NCBI GenBank assembly: GCA_963752805.1
Contig: CAVWAA010000008.1
Location: 78,384-142,383, forward strand
Direction: 5' to 3'
Source of the DNA: Candidatus Binataceae bacterium
Lineage (GTDB): Bacteria; Desulfobacterota; Binatia; Binatales; Binataceae
DNA length: 64,000 bases
The notes under the pieces were generated by a model. That model saw nothing but the letters and a program-made list of their open reading frames with translations, had not been told where the DNA came from and made no database searches. The position numbers and the translations under genes were made by a program. Each line of letters starts with the position of its first letter. The first letter of the stretch is position 1. Shown here piece by piece: positions 51,182 through 60,973 of the stretch.

Positions 51182-52606
51182 TTAGTGTCCCTGTCCCTGT
51201 AAAACAGCGGGAATTGTTCGAAAAAGGATTTTCAGATCTGACGTTAAACTCCAGCCATTAAGGTACTCCAGATCGAGGCGGACCATGTCGTCAAATCCTA
51301 ACCGGTTGCGCCCATTTACCTGCCAGAGGCCGGTGATGCCAGGTAGTGCGTCTAACCTGCGTCTATGCCAGTCCTGGTAGAGTTCCAGTTCATAGGGCAA
51401 TGCAGGCCGTGGCCCGACCAGGCTCATGTCGCCGCGCAAAACATTTATCAATTGCGGCAATTCGTCGATTGCCAGATGCCGCAGCGCTTTGCCTATTCTG
51501 GTGATGCGGGGATCATCGACCAGCTTGAAAATCTGCTGACCCTTCAATTCTGCCGCGTGCCCATTTTGCCCGATCCATTTCTCTACATATTCGCGATGCG
51601 CCCCGTCACTCGCCCCTGTTCGCATGCTTCGAAACTTGAGCAGCTCGAATGGCCTGCCGCGGATTCCGATGCGCTTTTGCCGAAAGAAAATCGGGCGTCC
51701 ATCACTAAGCCAGATTGCGATAGCAACAATTGCTACCAGCGGTAACATAACAAGCAATATGGCGGCGGCGACGATGATATCAAACAGTCGCTTAGTGACG
51801 AAGTTGAGGCCTTCTATGTTGCACGACACCGGGCCAACAAGTGGCACACCACCGGCAAGGTCGAAATGCAGCGCGCTAGGCAGAGAGCGAAATAGCGGGG
51901 GTACTACATGCCATCGCACACGGTTCGCCTCACACAGCCGGATCAGTTCCTCGTGACGCTCAACAGATTCGTCGGGGCTCGCAACAATGAGTTCGAGACC
52001 AGGATGACGCTCGGCAAGAGTGCCCAATTCGTCTATTCTTGCCAGAACTGGATACCCATGATAGGAAGCGTCCAGAGCCGCGGAGTCGTCAACAAACCCG
52101 ATCACCTCATATTGAGTTAGATCATTGGCAATCTGCTTGCAGAGGCGCTGCGCAAATGGATTGAAGTCAGCAATTACAAGTGGAATTGCTATCTTGGGAT
52201 CGGTATAGAGCCGGCGTAAAAAGCTGCGGGTTAGTTTGCGGCCGAGCATAACAAAGACAATGCTAAGTAGGAACCCGACCGTCATTACCAGGCGGTGCAC
52301 ATAGACATGGGCAATATAGCCCAGCAAGAGCGTCAGCGCCGCCGCGAATGCACTGGCCTTAAACACGCCGAACAGTTCGTTGAGACCACCGCTGCGAAAA
52401 CGATAAAGGTCGAACGCGTGAAATACCCGTATCCACAGCAGCACGAGCCCACCGCCGGCGACGAGCAGCAGATTTGCGTTTGCATGAGGTTGCGTCGCGT
52501 GCGCCCAGCGTTCCAGCAGCGAACCGAGTCCGAAAGCGGAAAGCACTGCGACTGCGTCTACCGACGCGAATACCGCCTTTTGCCGACGATGCTCCCCCGC
52601 AAACAT
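51182..52606 (-). CDS. Exopolysaccharide biosynthesis polyprenyl glycosylphosphotransferase (initiating sugar transferase, WbaP/EpsB family)
   Basis: Bacterial sugar transferase C-domain: RLFDIIVAAAILLVMLPLVAIVAIAIWLSDGRPIFFRQKRIG...PFELLKFRSM...ITGLWQVNGRN. N-terminal TM helices. Confidence 0.85.
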   Translation of the reverse strand: MFAGEHRRQKAVFASVDAVAVLSAFGLGSLLERWAHATQPHANANLLLVAGGGLVLLWIRVFHAFDLYRFRSGGLNELFGVFKASAFAAALTLLLGYIAHVYVHRLVMTVGFLLSIVFVMLGRKLTRSFLRRLYTDPKIAIPLVIADFNPFAQRLCKQIANDLTQYEVIGFVDDSAALDASYHGYPVLARIDELGTLAERHPGLELIVASPDESVERHEELIRLCEANRVRWHVVPPLFRSLPSALHFDLAGGVPLVGPVSCNIEGLNFVTKRLFDIIVAAAILLVMLPLVAIVAIAIWLSDGRPIFFRQKRIGIRGRPFELLKFRSMRTGASDGAHREYVEKWIGQNGHAAELKGQQIFKLVDDPRITRIGKALRHLAIDELPQLINVLRGDMSLVGPRPALPYELELYQDWHRRRLDALPGITGLWQVNGRNRLGFDDMVRLDLEYLNGWSLTSDLKILFRTIPAVLQGQGH

Positions 52607-52608
52607 CG

Positions 52609-53802
52609 TCAGGCTTCCTCCCTGGGTACCACTCGTCGAACCACATCAGCTACGCGTTCTACTTCATCGATAGACAGATGTGGATGCATCGGAAGCGAAA
52701 GAGCCGTATCTGCAAGCTTCTCAGCATACGGAAAGTCACCTCGTTGATAGCCGAGGAATTTGCACGCAGGTTGAAGATGCAATGGCACCGGATAGTGAAT
52801 GCCGGATGCGATATCGGCGCTGCCAAGGGCGTCGCGCAGCTTGTCACGTTCCTGGCTGCGAACTACATAGAGGTGATAGCAGGAGCGGTAGCCCTCGGGC
52901 TCATGAGGCAACTCCAGGTTGGTCTCGGCCAGCAGTTCACGGTACAGATCAGCGACTTCGCGGCGGCGGCGATTCCACTCCGCCAGACGGCGTAGTTTCG
53001 CGGTTAGCACGGCTGCTTGGAGCGTATCCAGCCGAGCATTGTAGCCGAGCAGATCATGTGTGTAATGCGATGTTCTGCCGTGATCCCGCAAACGCAAAAC
53101 ACTTTCGGCTAATTCATCATCATCGGTCACGACTGCACCAGCCTCTCCCCAGGCCCCGAGGTTCTTTCCCGGATAGAAGCTGAAACAGGACGCGTCAGCT
53201 AGCGCTCCGCCAACCATTTTCCAATTGTTATGAATCCGGATGCTAGCGCCGTGAGCCTGGCACGCATCTTCAACCAGCTTGAGCCCGTGCGCGGATGCCA
53301 GCTCGCGAAGTTCTTGTAGCGGAGCCGGCAGGCCATACAAATCAACCGGAAGGATTGCGCGAATAGCCTCGTGCCCGTGGCCCTTAAGATATCGGGCTAC
53401 AGACGATGAGCAGATATTGCCAGTGACAGGATCAATATCGACGAATACCGGGCGCGCTCCTGTTTGGACTATCGCCGCAACCGTGGCAATGAACGTCATC
53501 GGGGTGGTAATGACGGAGTCTCCGGGCCGCACCCCGAGGGCCAGCAGGGCCAACCGCAGTGCATCTGTACCGCTGCTGATGCCGACCACGTGCTTCACGC
53601 CAATGAACTCGGCAAACGCGCTCTCGAAAGCTGAGACCTGTTGACCACCTACGTAAGAGGTGGAGCAGTGTATCTGGTCGATCAGGGCCTCCGCGTCGGT
53701 TTTTGTTTCCGCGTTCTGCGCGGCCAGATCGACGAATTTTATCTTCATTGCCGCTCCTGTCTGATACTCGAAAGCATCACAGCGCGAGCGGGAATACCGC
53801 AA
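52609..53802 (-). CDS. DegT/DnrJ/EryC1/StrS-family sugar aminotransferase (WbpE-like)
   Basis: PLP-aminotransferase motifs including ...VGISSGTDALRLALLALGVRPGDSVITTPMTFIATV. Probable start MKIKFVDLAAQ at ~53746. Confidence 0.85.
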   Translation of the reverse strand: MRYSRSRCDAFEYQTGAAMKIKFVDLAAQNAETKTDAEALIDQIHCSTSYVGGQQVSAFESAFAEFIGVKHVVGISSGTDALRLALLALGVRPGDSVITTPMTFIATVAAIVQTGARPVFVDIDPVTGNICSSSVARYLKGHGHEAIRAILPVDLYGLPAPLQELRELASAHGLKLVEDACQAHGASIRIHNNWKMVGGALADASCFSFYPGKNLGAWGEAGAVVTDDDELAESVLRLRDHGRTSHYTHDLLGYNARLDTLQAAVLTAKLRRLAEWNRRRREVADLYRELLAETNLELPHEPEGYRSCYHLYVVRSQERDKLRDALGSADIASGIHYPVPLHLQPACKFLGYQRGDFPYAEKLADTALSLPMHPHLSIDEVERVADVVRRVVPREEA

Positions 53803-54254
53803 ACAACCGCGCCGCGCGGGACATTATGAGTAACCAGCGCGCCGGCCCCCACTAATGCCCCCTCACCGATCTCGACTCCACACATGATAATTGCTCCGCT
53901 TCCTATCGAGGCGCGCCGGCGGACGATTGTCGGTTCGAGCTGCCAATCCTCTTCACACTGAGGCGTTCCATCTTCATTGGTAGCTCGCGGGCGCCGGTCG
54001 TTGATGAAGACTACGCCATGGCCAACGAACACTTCATCCTCGATACTCACACCTGCGCAGATAAAACTGTGGGTGGAGATTTTGCACCGACGGCCGATGC
54101 GCACGTTCTTTTGCACCTCGACAAACGCGCCGATTCTCGTGTCGTCACCGATTTCGCATCCGTACAGATTGACAAATGGCGCCAAGCGCACACGCTCTCC
54201 CAGCCGCACGTTGGACGCGATGCATACGTTGGGTCCAAAATCAGCTTGCGTCAT
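53745..54254 (-). CDS. Hexapeptide-repeat sugar N-acetyltransferase (WbpD/PglD-like)
   Basis: Left-handed beta-helix hexapeptide repeats (IGDDTRIGAFVEVQKNVRIGRRCKISTHSFICAGVSIEDEVFVGHGVVF). Start taken as MTQADFGPNV. Confidence 0.8.
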   Translation of the reverse strand: MTQADFGPNVCIASNVRLGERVRLAPFVNLYGCEIGDDTRIGAFVEVQKNVRIGRRCKISTHSFICAGVSIEDEVFVGHGVVFINDRRPRATNEDGTPQCEEDWQLEPTIVRRRASIGSGAIIMCGVEIGEGALVGAGALVTHNVPRGAVVCGIPARAVMLSSIRQERQ

Positions 54255-54358
54255 CTTACCAACCGATGATCTTATCGATCGGGCAGGTCTGCCCGCCGCC
54301 GCGCAGAGACTTGTTTGCCGCTTCCAGCACACTCACTACACGCAACCCGTTAAATCCA

Positions 54359-55351
54359 TCAGTGTTTGGCGTCAGCGCCTGACTTTATACATTCAACGAA
54401 GTGATCGCACTCGATTTTCAGCGGTTCGTTTTCCTCGATGCGCGGAATGTTGATATCGCCGTACCGATACGAAAACTGAAATTCTCCATAAGTATCGTAG
54501 TAGCGGCTTACATTCACTCCCTTGTCATAAATGCGAATCTTTTCCTGGGTCGCTGTATCGTCGTAAACCAGCATCTTGCGCGAGCCAATAACCGTCATTC
54601 GCCGAATCTTGTTGGGGTCGAGCCAGCTCGCATGTACAAACGCCATTACGTTATCGGGGAAGTAGAGCGAGAGCAGAGCGACGTCCTCCTCGCCGGTTCG
54701 ATAATGACTATTACCGTGACAGCTCACCCGTTCAGGCATCTGACCCAGAAGCATGAGGATGATCGAGACGTCATGCGTGGCCAGATCCCATACTACGTTC
54801 ACATGATGCTGGAATAACCCCAGGTTGGCTCGAATGGAGCTAATGTACAGTATCTCTCCGAGCTCGCCTGATTCGATCACTTCACGCGCCTTCACCACCG
54901 GAGCGCTGTATTCAAAGGTGTGACCGACCATAAGAACTCTGCCGCGTTCGCGTGCCAGGTCAACCAGTCGCGCTGCCTCGGCCTGGGATGTCGCGAGCGG
55001 TTTTTCAACCAAAACTGATTTGCCTGCACTAAGGCATTGTTTTGCAATTTCGTAGTGCGTATTGACCGGAGTCGCAACTACGACTCCCTTAATCTCGCAG
55101 TCGCTCAGTACATCGTTCAGGTCCGAAGTGAGTTCGACGTTAGGATAGAGTTGTTGAATTCGCCTCCGCCGTTCAAGCGACAAATCGCAGCAGATGATGC
55201 GTTCGGCCGAACGCGCCTGGCACAGATTCCGCACCCAATTTGGTCCCCAATAGCCCAAGCCTACTACTGCTAGTGCCCGCAGCCGCTTCTCCGAGTCAGT
55301 CGCCGGAAGCTGATTGGGGCTACCGGTCAGTTCTGTAGAGGCCGTGTCCAT
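54359..55351 (-). CDS. Gfo/Idh/MocA-family oxidoreductase (WbpB-like UDP-sugar 3-dehydrogenase)
   Basis: N-terminal Rossmann LRALAVVGLGYWGPNWVRNL and conserved EKPLA motif (VLVEKPLATS). Confidence 0.85.
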   Translation of the reverse strand: MDTASTELTGSPNQLPATDSEKRLRALAVVGLGYWGPNWVRNLCQARSAERIICCDLSLERRRRIQQLYPNVELTSDLNDVLSDCEIKGVVVATPVNTHYEIAKQCLSAGKSVLVEKPLATSQAEAARLVDLARERGRVLMVGHTFEYSAPVVKAREVIESGELGEILYISSIRANLGLFQHHVNVVWDLATHDVSIILMLLGQMPERVSCHGNSHYRTGEEDVALLSLYFPDNVMAFVHASWLDPNKIRRMTVIGSRKMLVYDDTATQEKIRIYDKGVNVSRYYDTYGEFQFSYRYGDINIPRIEENEPLKIECDHFVECIKSGADAKH

Positions 55352-56166
55352 GCTTTTAATCCTTCCTTATTTTTAACGAACAAGCGCCGGATCCATTGCG
55401 GAATTGCGGATTCAGTAGCGTTCAGGACGAGTCCCCTGACTGGTCTTCCAATGTTGGAGAAAAGGTTGATAGTAGCCAACAAGTCGCTACGTTCCGTGTA
55501 TCCGGAGCGAACTACCAGCAACACCGGGTCGTCCGGACGTACCAGCGGCAGCGTGCGTGGATCGAGGCGCACGGCTCCCAAATCGATCACTGCGGCAGGA
55601 AAGGCCCTGACGCGATCATTCAACTCTTCAAGGGACGGAGGTTCGCCTGTCTCCAACGCAGAGGTGATAGTAGCGACTTCCAGCTTCGCCCAGTTGCTGG
55701 AACGAACTATAATTCCCTGCTCTGATTGCAGTTGCATGACAGTCTTGGCTTCCAGTGCGAGAATTGGCGTCTTTCGATTCGCAAACATCTTCAGAATTCG
55801 CGGGCGGCAGATATTTCCGTCGACCAGCAACGTCCGCACGTTGAGGCGCTGTGTGAGGTCAAGCGCAATTGCGGCCGCTACCGACGAGCAGCCGTCGCTC
55901 ACTGCACATCCTGCGATTACCAGCCGCGCGTCGCCCAAGACGCTGGCGACACCTGCAAAGCTTTCTGTTATCCGATGTATCCCCTTCAAGCGAGCGAGAG
56001 CCGGTGGGACCAGGTTGTCCGAGGGTGCGTCAACTCGCGCCAATCTCTCAGACCGATTTAGCGTGCGCAGATCCGGCGAGGACGTGTGCGAATGTTGCAC
56101 AGGTAACTCTTCGTGCACCTGCGGCTCAAGCGCCTCGCGCTTCATGGCCTCGAAAAATTTTGTCAA
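55327..56166 (-). CDS. BY-kinase (CpsD/CapB/Wzc C-domain)-like P-loop protein with degenerate Walker A
   Basis: Architecture and downstream motifs of polysaccharide tyrosine-autokinase ATPase domains (LLVDGN..., VIDLGAV..., LVVRSGYT..., GLVLNA). The canonical GEGKS/T is replaced by SDGCSS. Confidence 0.5.
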   Translation of the reverse strand: MTKFFEAMKREALEPQVHEELPVQHSHTSSPDLRTLNRSERLARVDAPSDNLVPPALARLKGIHRITESFAGVASVLGDARLVIAGCAVSDGCSSVAAAIALDLTQRLNVRTLLVDGNICRPRILKMFANRKTPILALEAKTVMQLQSEQGIIVRSSNWAKLEVATITSALETGEPPSLEELNDRVRAFPAAVIDLGAVRLDPRTLPLVRPDDPVLLVVRSGYTERSDLLATINLFSNIGRPVRGLVLNATESAIPQWIRRLFVKNKEGLKAWTRPLQN

Positions 56167-56181
56167 ACTAATGTTCCTCTC

Positions 56182-57474
56182 TCATTCGGAATCGGCTGGC
56201 AGGAAGACAGTCTGTCCCGGGTATATCAGGTTAGGATCGGCAAGTAGGGGATTGGCTTTCACCAACCGTTGAACTGCCTCGTGGTCATCAGATCCCAGAT
56301 TGACTTGTGCCAGACTGCTTATGGTGTCGCCGTCCTCGACGACAACTGAGCGAGGTACGTTGTGTTTATTTTCGGGAGTCCTATTTGGGCTAGACAATAG
56401 CTCTGGGACGGCAGCCAATGAGTGCGCATCAAGTGCGGTGATTAGCGGCAGACCGCTTGACGCGGCGAGATTTTCAGAAACGCTTTTCGCAGCGACACGA
56501 GGCGCGTCTTTCGCAGGACGGAGATTTACTGGTTCGTCGTGCAGATTTGCGGTTGCGCGGGGCAGCAAGAGTAATGAGCTGAGGGTTGCTCCGACAAGAA
56601 TCGGCACTGTCGCCGTTTGCAGCCGCGTTGTCTTGAAGTACTTCCGGCAGCGACGGAACAACCCGCCACTCGACCCTTGCGGACCATGATAGTGTCTGAG
56701 CGCCTCCCGAATCAGCCCAGCGGTCACCCGGCGCCTACCGCCCCCATACGCGAGGATCAGGGCACCGTGGCATATGAGGTTGATTTCACGGGGTACAAGC
56801 ACGCCATTGCGAACCAGGCTGCGCAAGGCTGCCATGCTGAAAAGCTTATGGACCGAACCACCGCTTGCGAGCAGGCGATGCTCTACATATTTGCGCACTT
56901 CGCTGGGCGGCAGCGGGAGCAGTTCGGCGCGCGTGGCAATTCGCTGGTCCAAGGCGCGGAGCGCTGGTTGCTTCAAGCGATCCAGCAACTCCGGCTGGCC
57001 GATGAAGACTATCTGCATCAGCGCTGACGCATCTACGAAGCAGTTGGCGAACAAACGCAACTGCTCAAGGGTAGAATTGTCCAAGGCCTGTGCCTCATCG
57101 AAGAGCAACACCAGTCGCGTGCTGAGGGAGTTCACTCTTCGTGTGATGAGCCGGGCCAATTCGTTAGCACTGGCGTTTGGCCGGTTAATTTCAAGTTCGG
57201 CTGCGATCGAATCCAAAATCTCTGCAAACGACCACGTCTGTGAGAGATTGATTATCCTAATGCCCTGGTGCTGATTTTCGAGTAGGGAAAATACGAGGGA
57301 GGTCTTGCCAGTGCCGGGTTCTCCCACGATAAGCGCAAACCCGTTCGGATCGCGGAGGCCCCACTGCAGTGCTGCAAAGGCTTCGCGATGGGCGGAGCCC
57401 ATATACATCGAACCACCCTGGCTTGGAGTTACCGCGAAGGGGGGGGCGTTTAGCCCGTAGTAACGGTAGTACAT
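56182..57474 (-). CDS. ExeA/GspA-like AAA ATPase with C-terminal LysM peptidoglycan-binding domain (PEP-CTERM-locus secretion ATPase type)
   Basis: Walker A GEPGTGKTS, Walker B LLFDEAQ. C-terminal VVVEDGDTISSLAQ...NPLLADPNLIYPGQTVFLP is a LysM motif. Confidence 0.75.
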   Translation of the reverse strand: MYYRYYGLNAPPFAVTPSQGGSMYMGSAHREAFAALQWGLRDPNGFALIVGEPGTGKTSLVFSLLENQHQGIRIINLSQTWSFAEILDSIAAELEINRPNASANELARLITRRVNSLSTRLVLLFDEAQALDNSTLEQLRLFANCFVDASALMQIVFIGQPELLDRLKQPALRALDQRIATRAELLPLPPSEVRKYVEHRLLASGGSVHKLFSMAALRSLVRNGVLVPREINLICHGALILAYGGGRRRVTAGLIREALRHYHGPQGSSGGLFRRCRKYFKTTRLQTATVPILVGATLSSLLLLPRATANLHDEPVNLRPAKDAPRVAAKSVSENLAASSGLPLITALDAHSLAAVPELLSSPNRTPENKHNVPRSVVVEDGDTISSLAQVNLGSDDHEAVQRLVKANPLLADPNLIYPGQTVFLPADSE

Positions 57475-57475
57475 C

Positions 57476-58987
57476 TTAATTTGCCGTAGATTTCAGGATG
57501 GCTACTGTCGGGAAGCCGCTAACTTTGGTAATCGTCGCTGCGGAAAACACCCGTTCATCGCGGAGTTCGCTCCACAGCACCGCACCTACACCCCCAGCGA
57601 AACCAAGGAGCATGCCCACGAAGAGGTTAATCGGCATTTTTGGAAACATCGGCTCGACGGGCAGAGTTGGCGGAGCCGCGATGCTAACATTGAGTATTTT
57701 ATTTAGATTCAGGGCGTCGGCAGCGCGCGCCTCTTCGCCTTTGCGCACATAGGAAAGATACGCCTCTTTATCGGTATCAACTTGCCGTTGAAGCCGATCG
57801 ATTTCGATGCCGACGTTCGTCAACTGGTTCAACTGCAGTTCGTAGTCAGCAATTTCCTTGGCGAGGTCCATCTGGCTCGCACCAATGCCGGTTGAGGTCA
57901 CCTTGGCTTCGGCAAGTTCACTCGAGAGGCTTTGCCATGTGGGATTGATAGTCGAGCTAACCTCCTGCACTTCCCTGGCGTCCTCGCGATGCAACACCGC
58001 TTTGGCCGCCTGCAGCTTTGCGTCAATGGACTTGATTCGCTCGCTATCGGGCCGGTAACGGCTGACCAATTCGGCCCGTTCGGCTTCAAGTTGCAAGACC
58101 TGCGGCTTCAGGGTCTGCAGCGCCATGTTTTGCACGATCTTGGTTTCGGCATCAACGTGCTCCGGGTAGCTGGTCAATTCCCGATTCAGGTAGTCTATAC
58201 GTTGATTAGTGCCGGCCAGTTGCGACTGGTTGTTGCGGTACTGCGCTCGAAATGCGGATAGCTGGTCAACTAGTGCCTTGTCCTGATCCTGCACGTCGAT
58301 CACGCCGGTCTGAACCTTTAGCGCTCGCAGGTTGTCTTCCGACACCGAGAGCTTCAGCTTGAGCAGATCAGCCTGCTGGTGAAAGAAATGCTCTGCCTGG
58401 GGGTCGTGTGACATGGTGGCGCGGAACTCAAGATAGCGGTCGATTAGTCTCGAGAGGAAATCTCGCGACCACCGGGCACTATGACTTGTAAATCTAATTG
58501 CTATTATGTTTGACCGCTTCAGCAACTCGCACGTCAGATGACTCCCCAGTCTCTTTTCCCACTGCTGTCGCGCGGTTGGAAGCTGCGTGCCGTGCAATGC
58601 CGAGTAGAGATAGCTGGGAATATTCAGTCCTTCCGAGATGCGTTCGAAAACTTCCTCGACAACTCCGTTCTTCGCGGGCACGAGGCCATCGGTCGCCCGC
58701 TCGATCAAATACGGGCTCGTCAGCAGTTCCACTTCGGAGTTCAGGTCTTGTTCGCCTGGCGGCGTGTTGACGACTGCCGGTTGAGTGATTTGTGCAGCTT
58801 CAAGATTCGGAGAGACGAGCAATTGGGCACGGTCTTGCTGCAGCAAAATCTCTGCATCCGACGCATAAAACGGCGGACATAGGAACGAGGCTAGGGTCAC
58901 AAAGAGCATGACCGAGCCGACACCGTAAGCAAATGCGCGACGGCGCCGGAAGAACAACTCGAGCCACGCTTCAAGATCATTTCCCAT
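57476..58987 (-). CDS. Polysaccharide chain-length determinant protein (Wzz/GumC family, PEP-CTERM locus subtype)
   Basis: N-terminal TM (VGSVMLFVTLASFLCPPFY), long coiled-coil periplasmic region, C-terminal TM (INLFVGMLLGFAGGVGAVLW). Confidence 0.8.
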   Translation of the reverse strand: MGNDLEAWLELFFRRRRAFAYGVGSVMLFVTLASFLCPPFYASDAEILLQQDRAQLLVSPNLEAAQITQPAVVNTPPGEQDLNSEVELLTSPYLIERATDGLVPAKNGVVEEVFERISEGLNIPSYLYSALHGTQLPTARQQWEKRLGSHLTCELLKRSNIIAIRFTSHSARWSRDFLSRLIDRYLEFRATMSHDPQAEHFFHQQADLLKLKLSVSEDNLRALKVQTGVIDVQDQDKALVDQLSAFRAQYRNNQSQLAGTNQRIDYLNRELTSYPEHVDAETKIVQNMALQTLKPQVLQLEAERAELVSRYRPDSERIKSIDAKLQAAKAVLHREDAREVQEVSSTINPTWQSLSSELAEAKVTSTGIGASQMDLAKEIADYELQLNQLTNVGIEIDRLQRQVDTDKEAYLSYVRKGEEARAADALNLNKILNVSIAAPPTLPVEPMFPKMPINLFVGMLLGFAGGVGAVLWSELRDERVFSAATITKVSGFPTVAILKSTAN

Positions 58988-59006
58988 TATAAAGCCCCTC
59001 CTCAGT

Positions 59007-59747
59007 TCAGAGTGGTAATGGCAGATAGGGCTGCACCGGTATCAGGTCCTTGACGTACTGCTTCACAAACAGGTCGAGGTCCGCGATTTTGCTCCGCGGT
59101 ACATAAATGATGTCGCCAGGCGCCACGCCTGGATCCTGGTCGGGACCGGAACCGCTGCGCGCGCTCGCTAGGTCGAGCTTGATTCCTGCCGGTGTCCCGC
59201 AGGCGTCGCGTCGAATCAGGATCGTGTTCGCAAAGGCGGCATTGTCGGTAACGCCACCCGCCTCAGCCACCGCCTGCAGGGCGGACATTCGAGGCGGCAT
59301 TGCGAAAGCGCCCGGATGCGCGACCTGCCCATCAACGTAAACGAGCCTGCCGGGCGTGGATTTCACGTGAACAGTAACGCCGGGCGAGTACAACTCATGC
59401 GCGTAGGCCTTATCCAAGTCCTGCGCTAACTCTGCAGGGGTCCGTCCTTTCGCCTGTACTTCGCCTACCAGACGTAGGCTGATTTTCCCGTCAGGCCGGA
59501 CGACTTGCTCGTCGTTGAACTCGGGACTCAAGTAGAACTCGACGTTGAGCACGTCATTTGGTTCGATGCGATAATTGCTCTCGTCATCCACGGACGGATT
59601 GGAGATGGCCGCTGCGATACAATATTCCGGAGACATCGCGGCACGTGGCGAAACCGATGGAACATCCCCTCGGTTAGTTTGGGTGCCACAGCCGAGGAGA
59701 ACGACAAGCGCGGCCAAGCGCAGTGTTTTGTGCGGCTCCTTAATCAT
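59007..59747 (-). CDS. Polysaccharide export outer-membrane protein (Wza/EpsA-like; Poly_export plus SLBB domains)
   Basis: Signal peptide/lipobox-like N-terminus (LLGCGT). Poly_export motif PNDVLNVEFYLSPEFN...VRPDGKISLRLVGEVQAKGRTPAELAQDL. SLBB-like C-terminal half. Confidence 0.85.
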   Translation of the reverse strand: MIKEPHKTLRLAALVVLLGCGTQTNRGDVPSVSPRAAMSPEYCIAAAISNPSVDDESNYRIEPNDVLNVEFYLSPEFNDEQVVRPDGKISLRLVGEVQAKGRTPAELAQDLDKAYAHELYSPGVTVHVKSTPGRLVYVDGQVAHPGAFAMPPRMSALQAVAEAGGVTDNAAFANTILIRRDACGTPAGIKLDLASARSGSGPDQDPGVAPGDIIYVPRSKIADLDLFVKQYVKDLIPVQPYLPLPL

Positions 59748-60033
59748 AATAAAGATTGGTACGGCATGTTTGACAGCTTGAAACTAAGGATAAATATATA
59801 GCAAAGAAAAATAACTATAGTCAAGTATTAATACATAAGATAAACATGTGTAATTATCAACCAAGCATCAAGACATATTGATAGTGCCATATTGATACAG
59901 ATAGCGATAATCAAGTAATAGGGAATCGCCGGTAAGGAGCGACGATGCCTCCATACGCGTCTGAGCTGAGCTGATCCCGTCAGATGCGTCGTTATATAGG
60001 ATGCGTAGCTGCTTAAAGGCGCTTTCTCGGTTT

Positions 60034-60066
60034 ATTCCTCTTACCGTCGGTGGCGGTAAGAGGAAT
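60034..60066. promoter_or_regulatory. Perfect 13-bp inverted repeat (attcctcttaccg-N7-cggtaagaggaat) in the intergenic region between divergent EPS operons
   Basis: Read directly from 60034-60066. No downstream T-tract, so it is more likely an operator/binding palindrome or RNA hairpin than an intrinsic terminator. Confidence 0.3.
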
Positions 60067-60973
60067 ACAAGACATTGCTGACGGGCTCATGTAGGCTTTC
60101 GCACTCCGTTGCCAAAGCGGGGCAGCTCAGCGATACTGGATGGCTGCAATATCGTAGGGCTTGTTTTGCGGGCGAGACACGCCGTCAAAGTCATGCAAAC
60201 TTCGGGCAGATTCATCCCAATGCCGATCAAGCGGGACACCACCGTCAGATGGAAGTCGAACGCATCCGCATGAGGAAACCCGTGGTCGAATTTCAGGCGC
60301 TAGGACCTGCTGCCGTGGGAGCCTCGCTCGGACCCATTCGACCTGTACATATCGTTGCGTTCAGCGACGAAGCTCCGGATTCGAGGGCGACGAGCGAGTA
60401 ATTGTCTGTCGTAAAAGTGATGGGTTTGCCGGGTCCTCCAGATTTAGATGGCTGCCACCCGCTCATTGTATCTCTCAGCTTCCCCCACAATCGTGTCGCT
60501 AGGGTCCGTCGCCTGAGCCGAGTGAATCGCATGCTGAATTGAACCCCAGGGCGAATCTCGCGAGTTCCCAGGACCCGAATCGCTCGCATTTGTTGAAACG
60601 GAGTAAACGCTGCCCCGGCGTAGCATCCATCGGGATAGATTTGCGCTCTGAATTCCCTGCGGATGTTTGTCCGACACGCTGCTTTTCCGGTGCGGCTTGG
60701 TAACTAACCATGCTACGCCACTCGGTTAGCTTTTTCTTTCTTTAATCCTCGCTTAAAAGTGGATTCACTTGTCACGGAGTAGTATACATAAATTTAGATA
60801 GTTATAAAGTGTAACAATATCGTTTAACAATTAAAACATTGCTAATTCTGCTTGACTTAGCCTTAAGCTTTAAATAAAACCTTTTGCTAATCAATATCCT
60901 GAGCATCGGAGCGAAGAACGGGAATGTCACTCGGCCGCAAAGGGTGCGGTCGTTCAAATACCAAAGCAATTTG

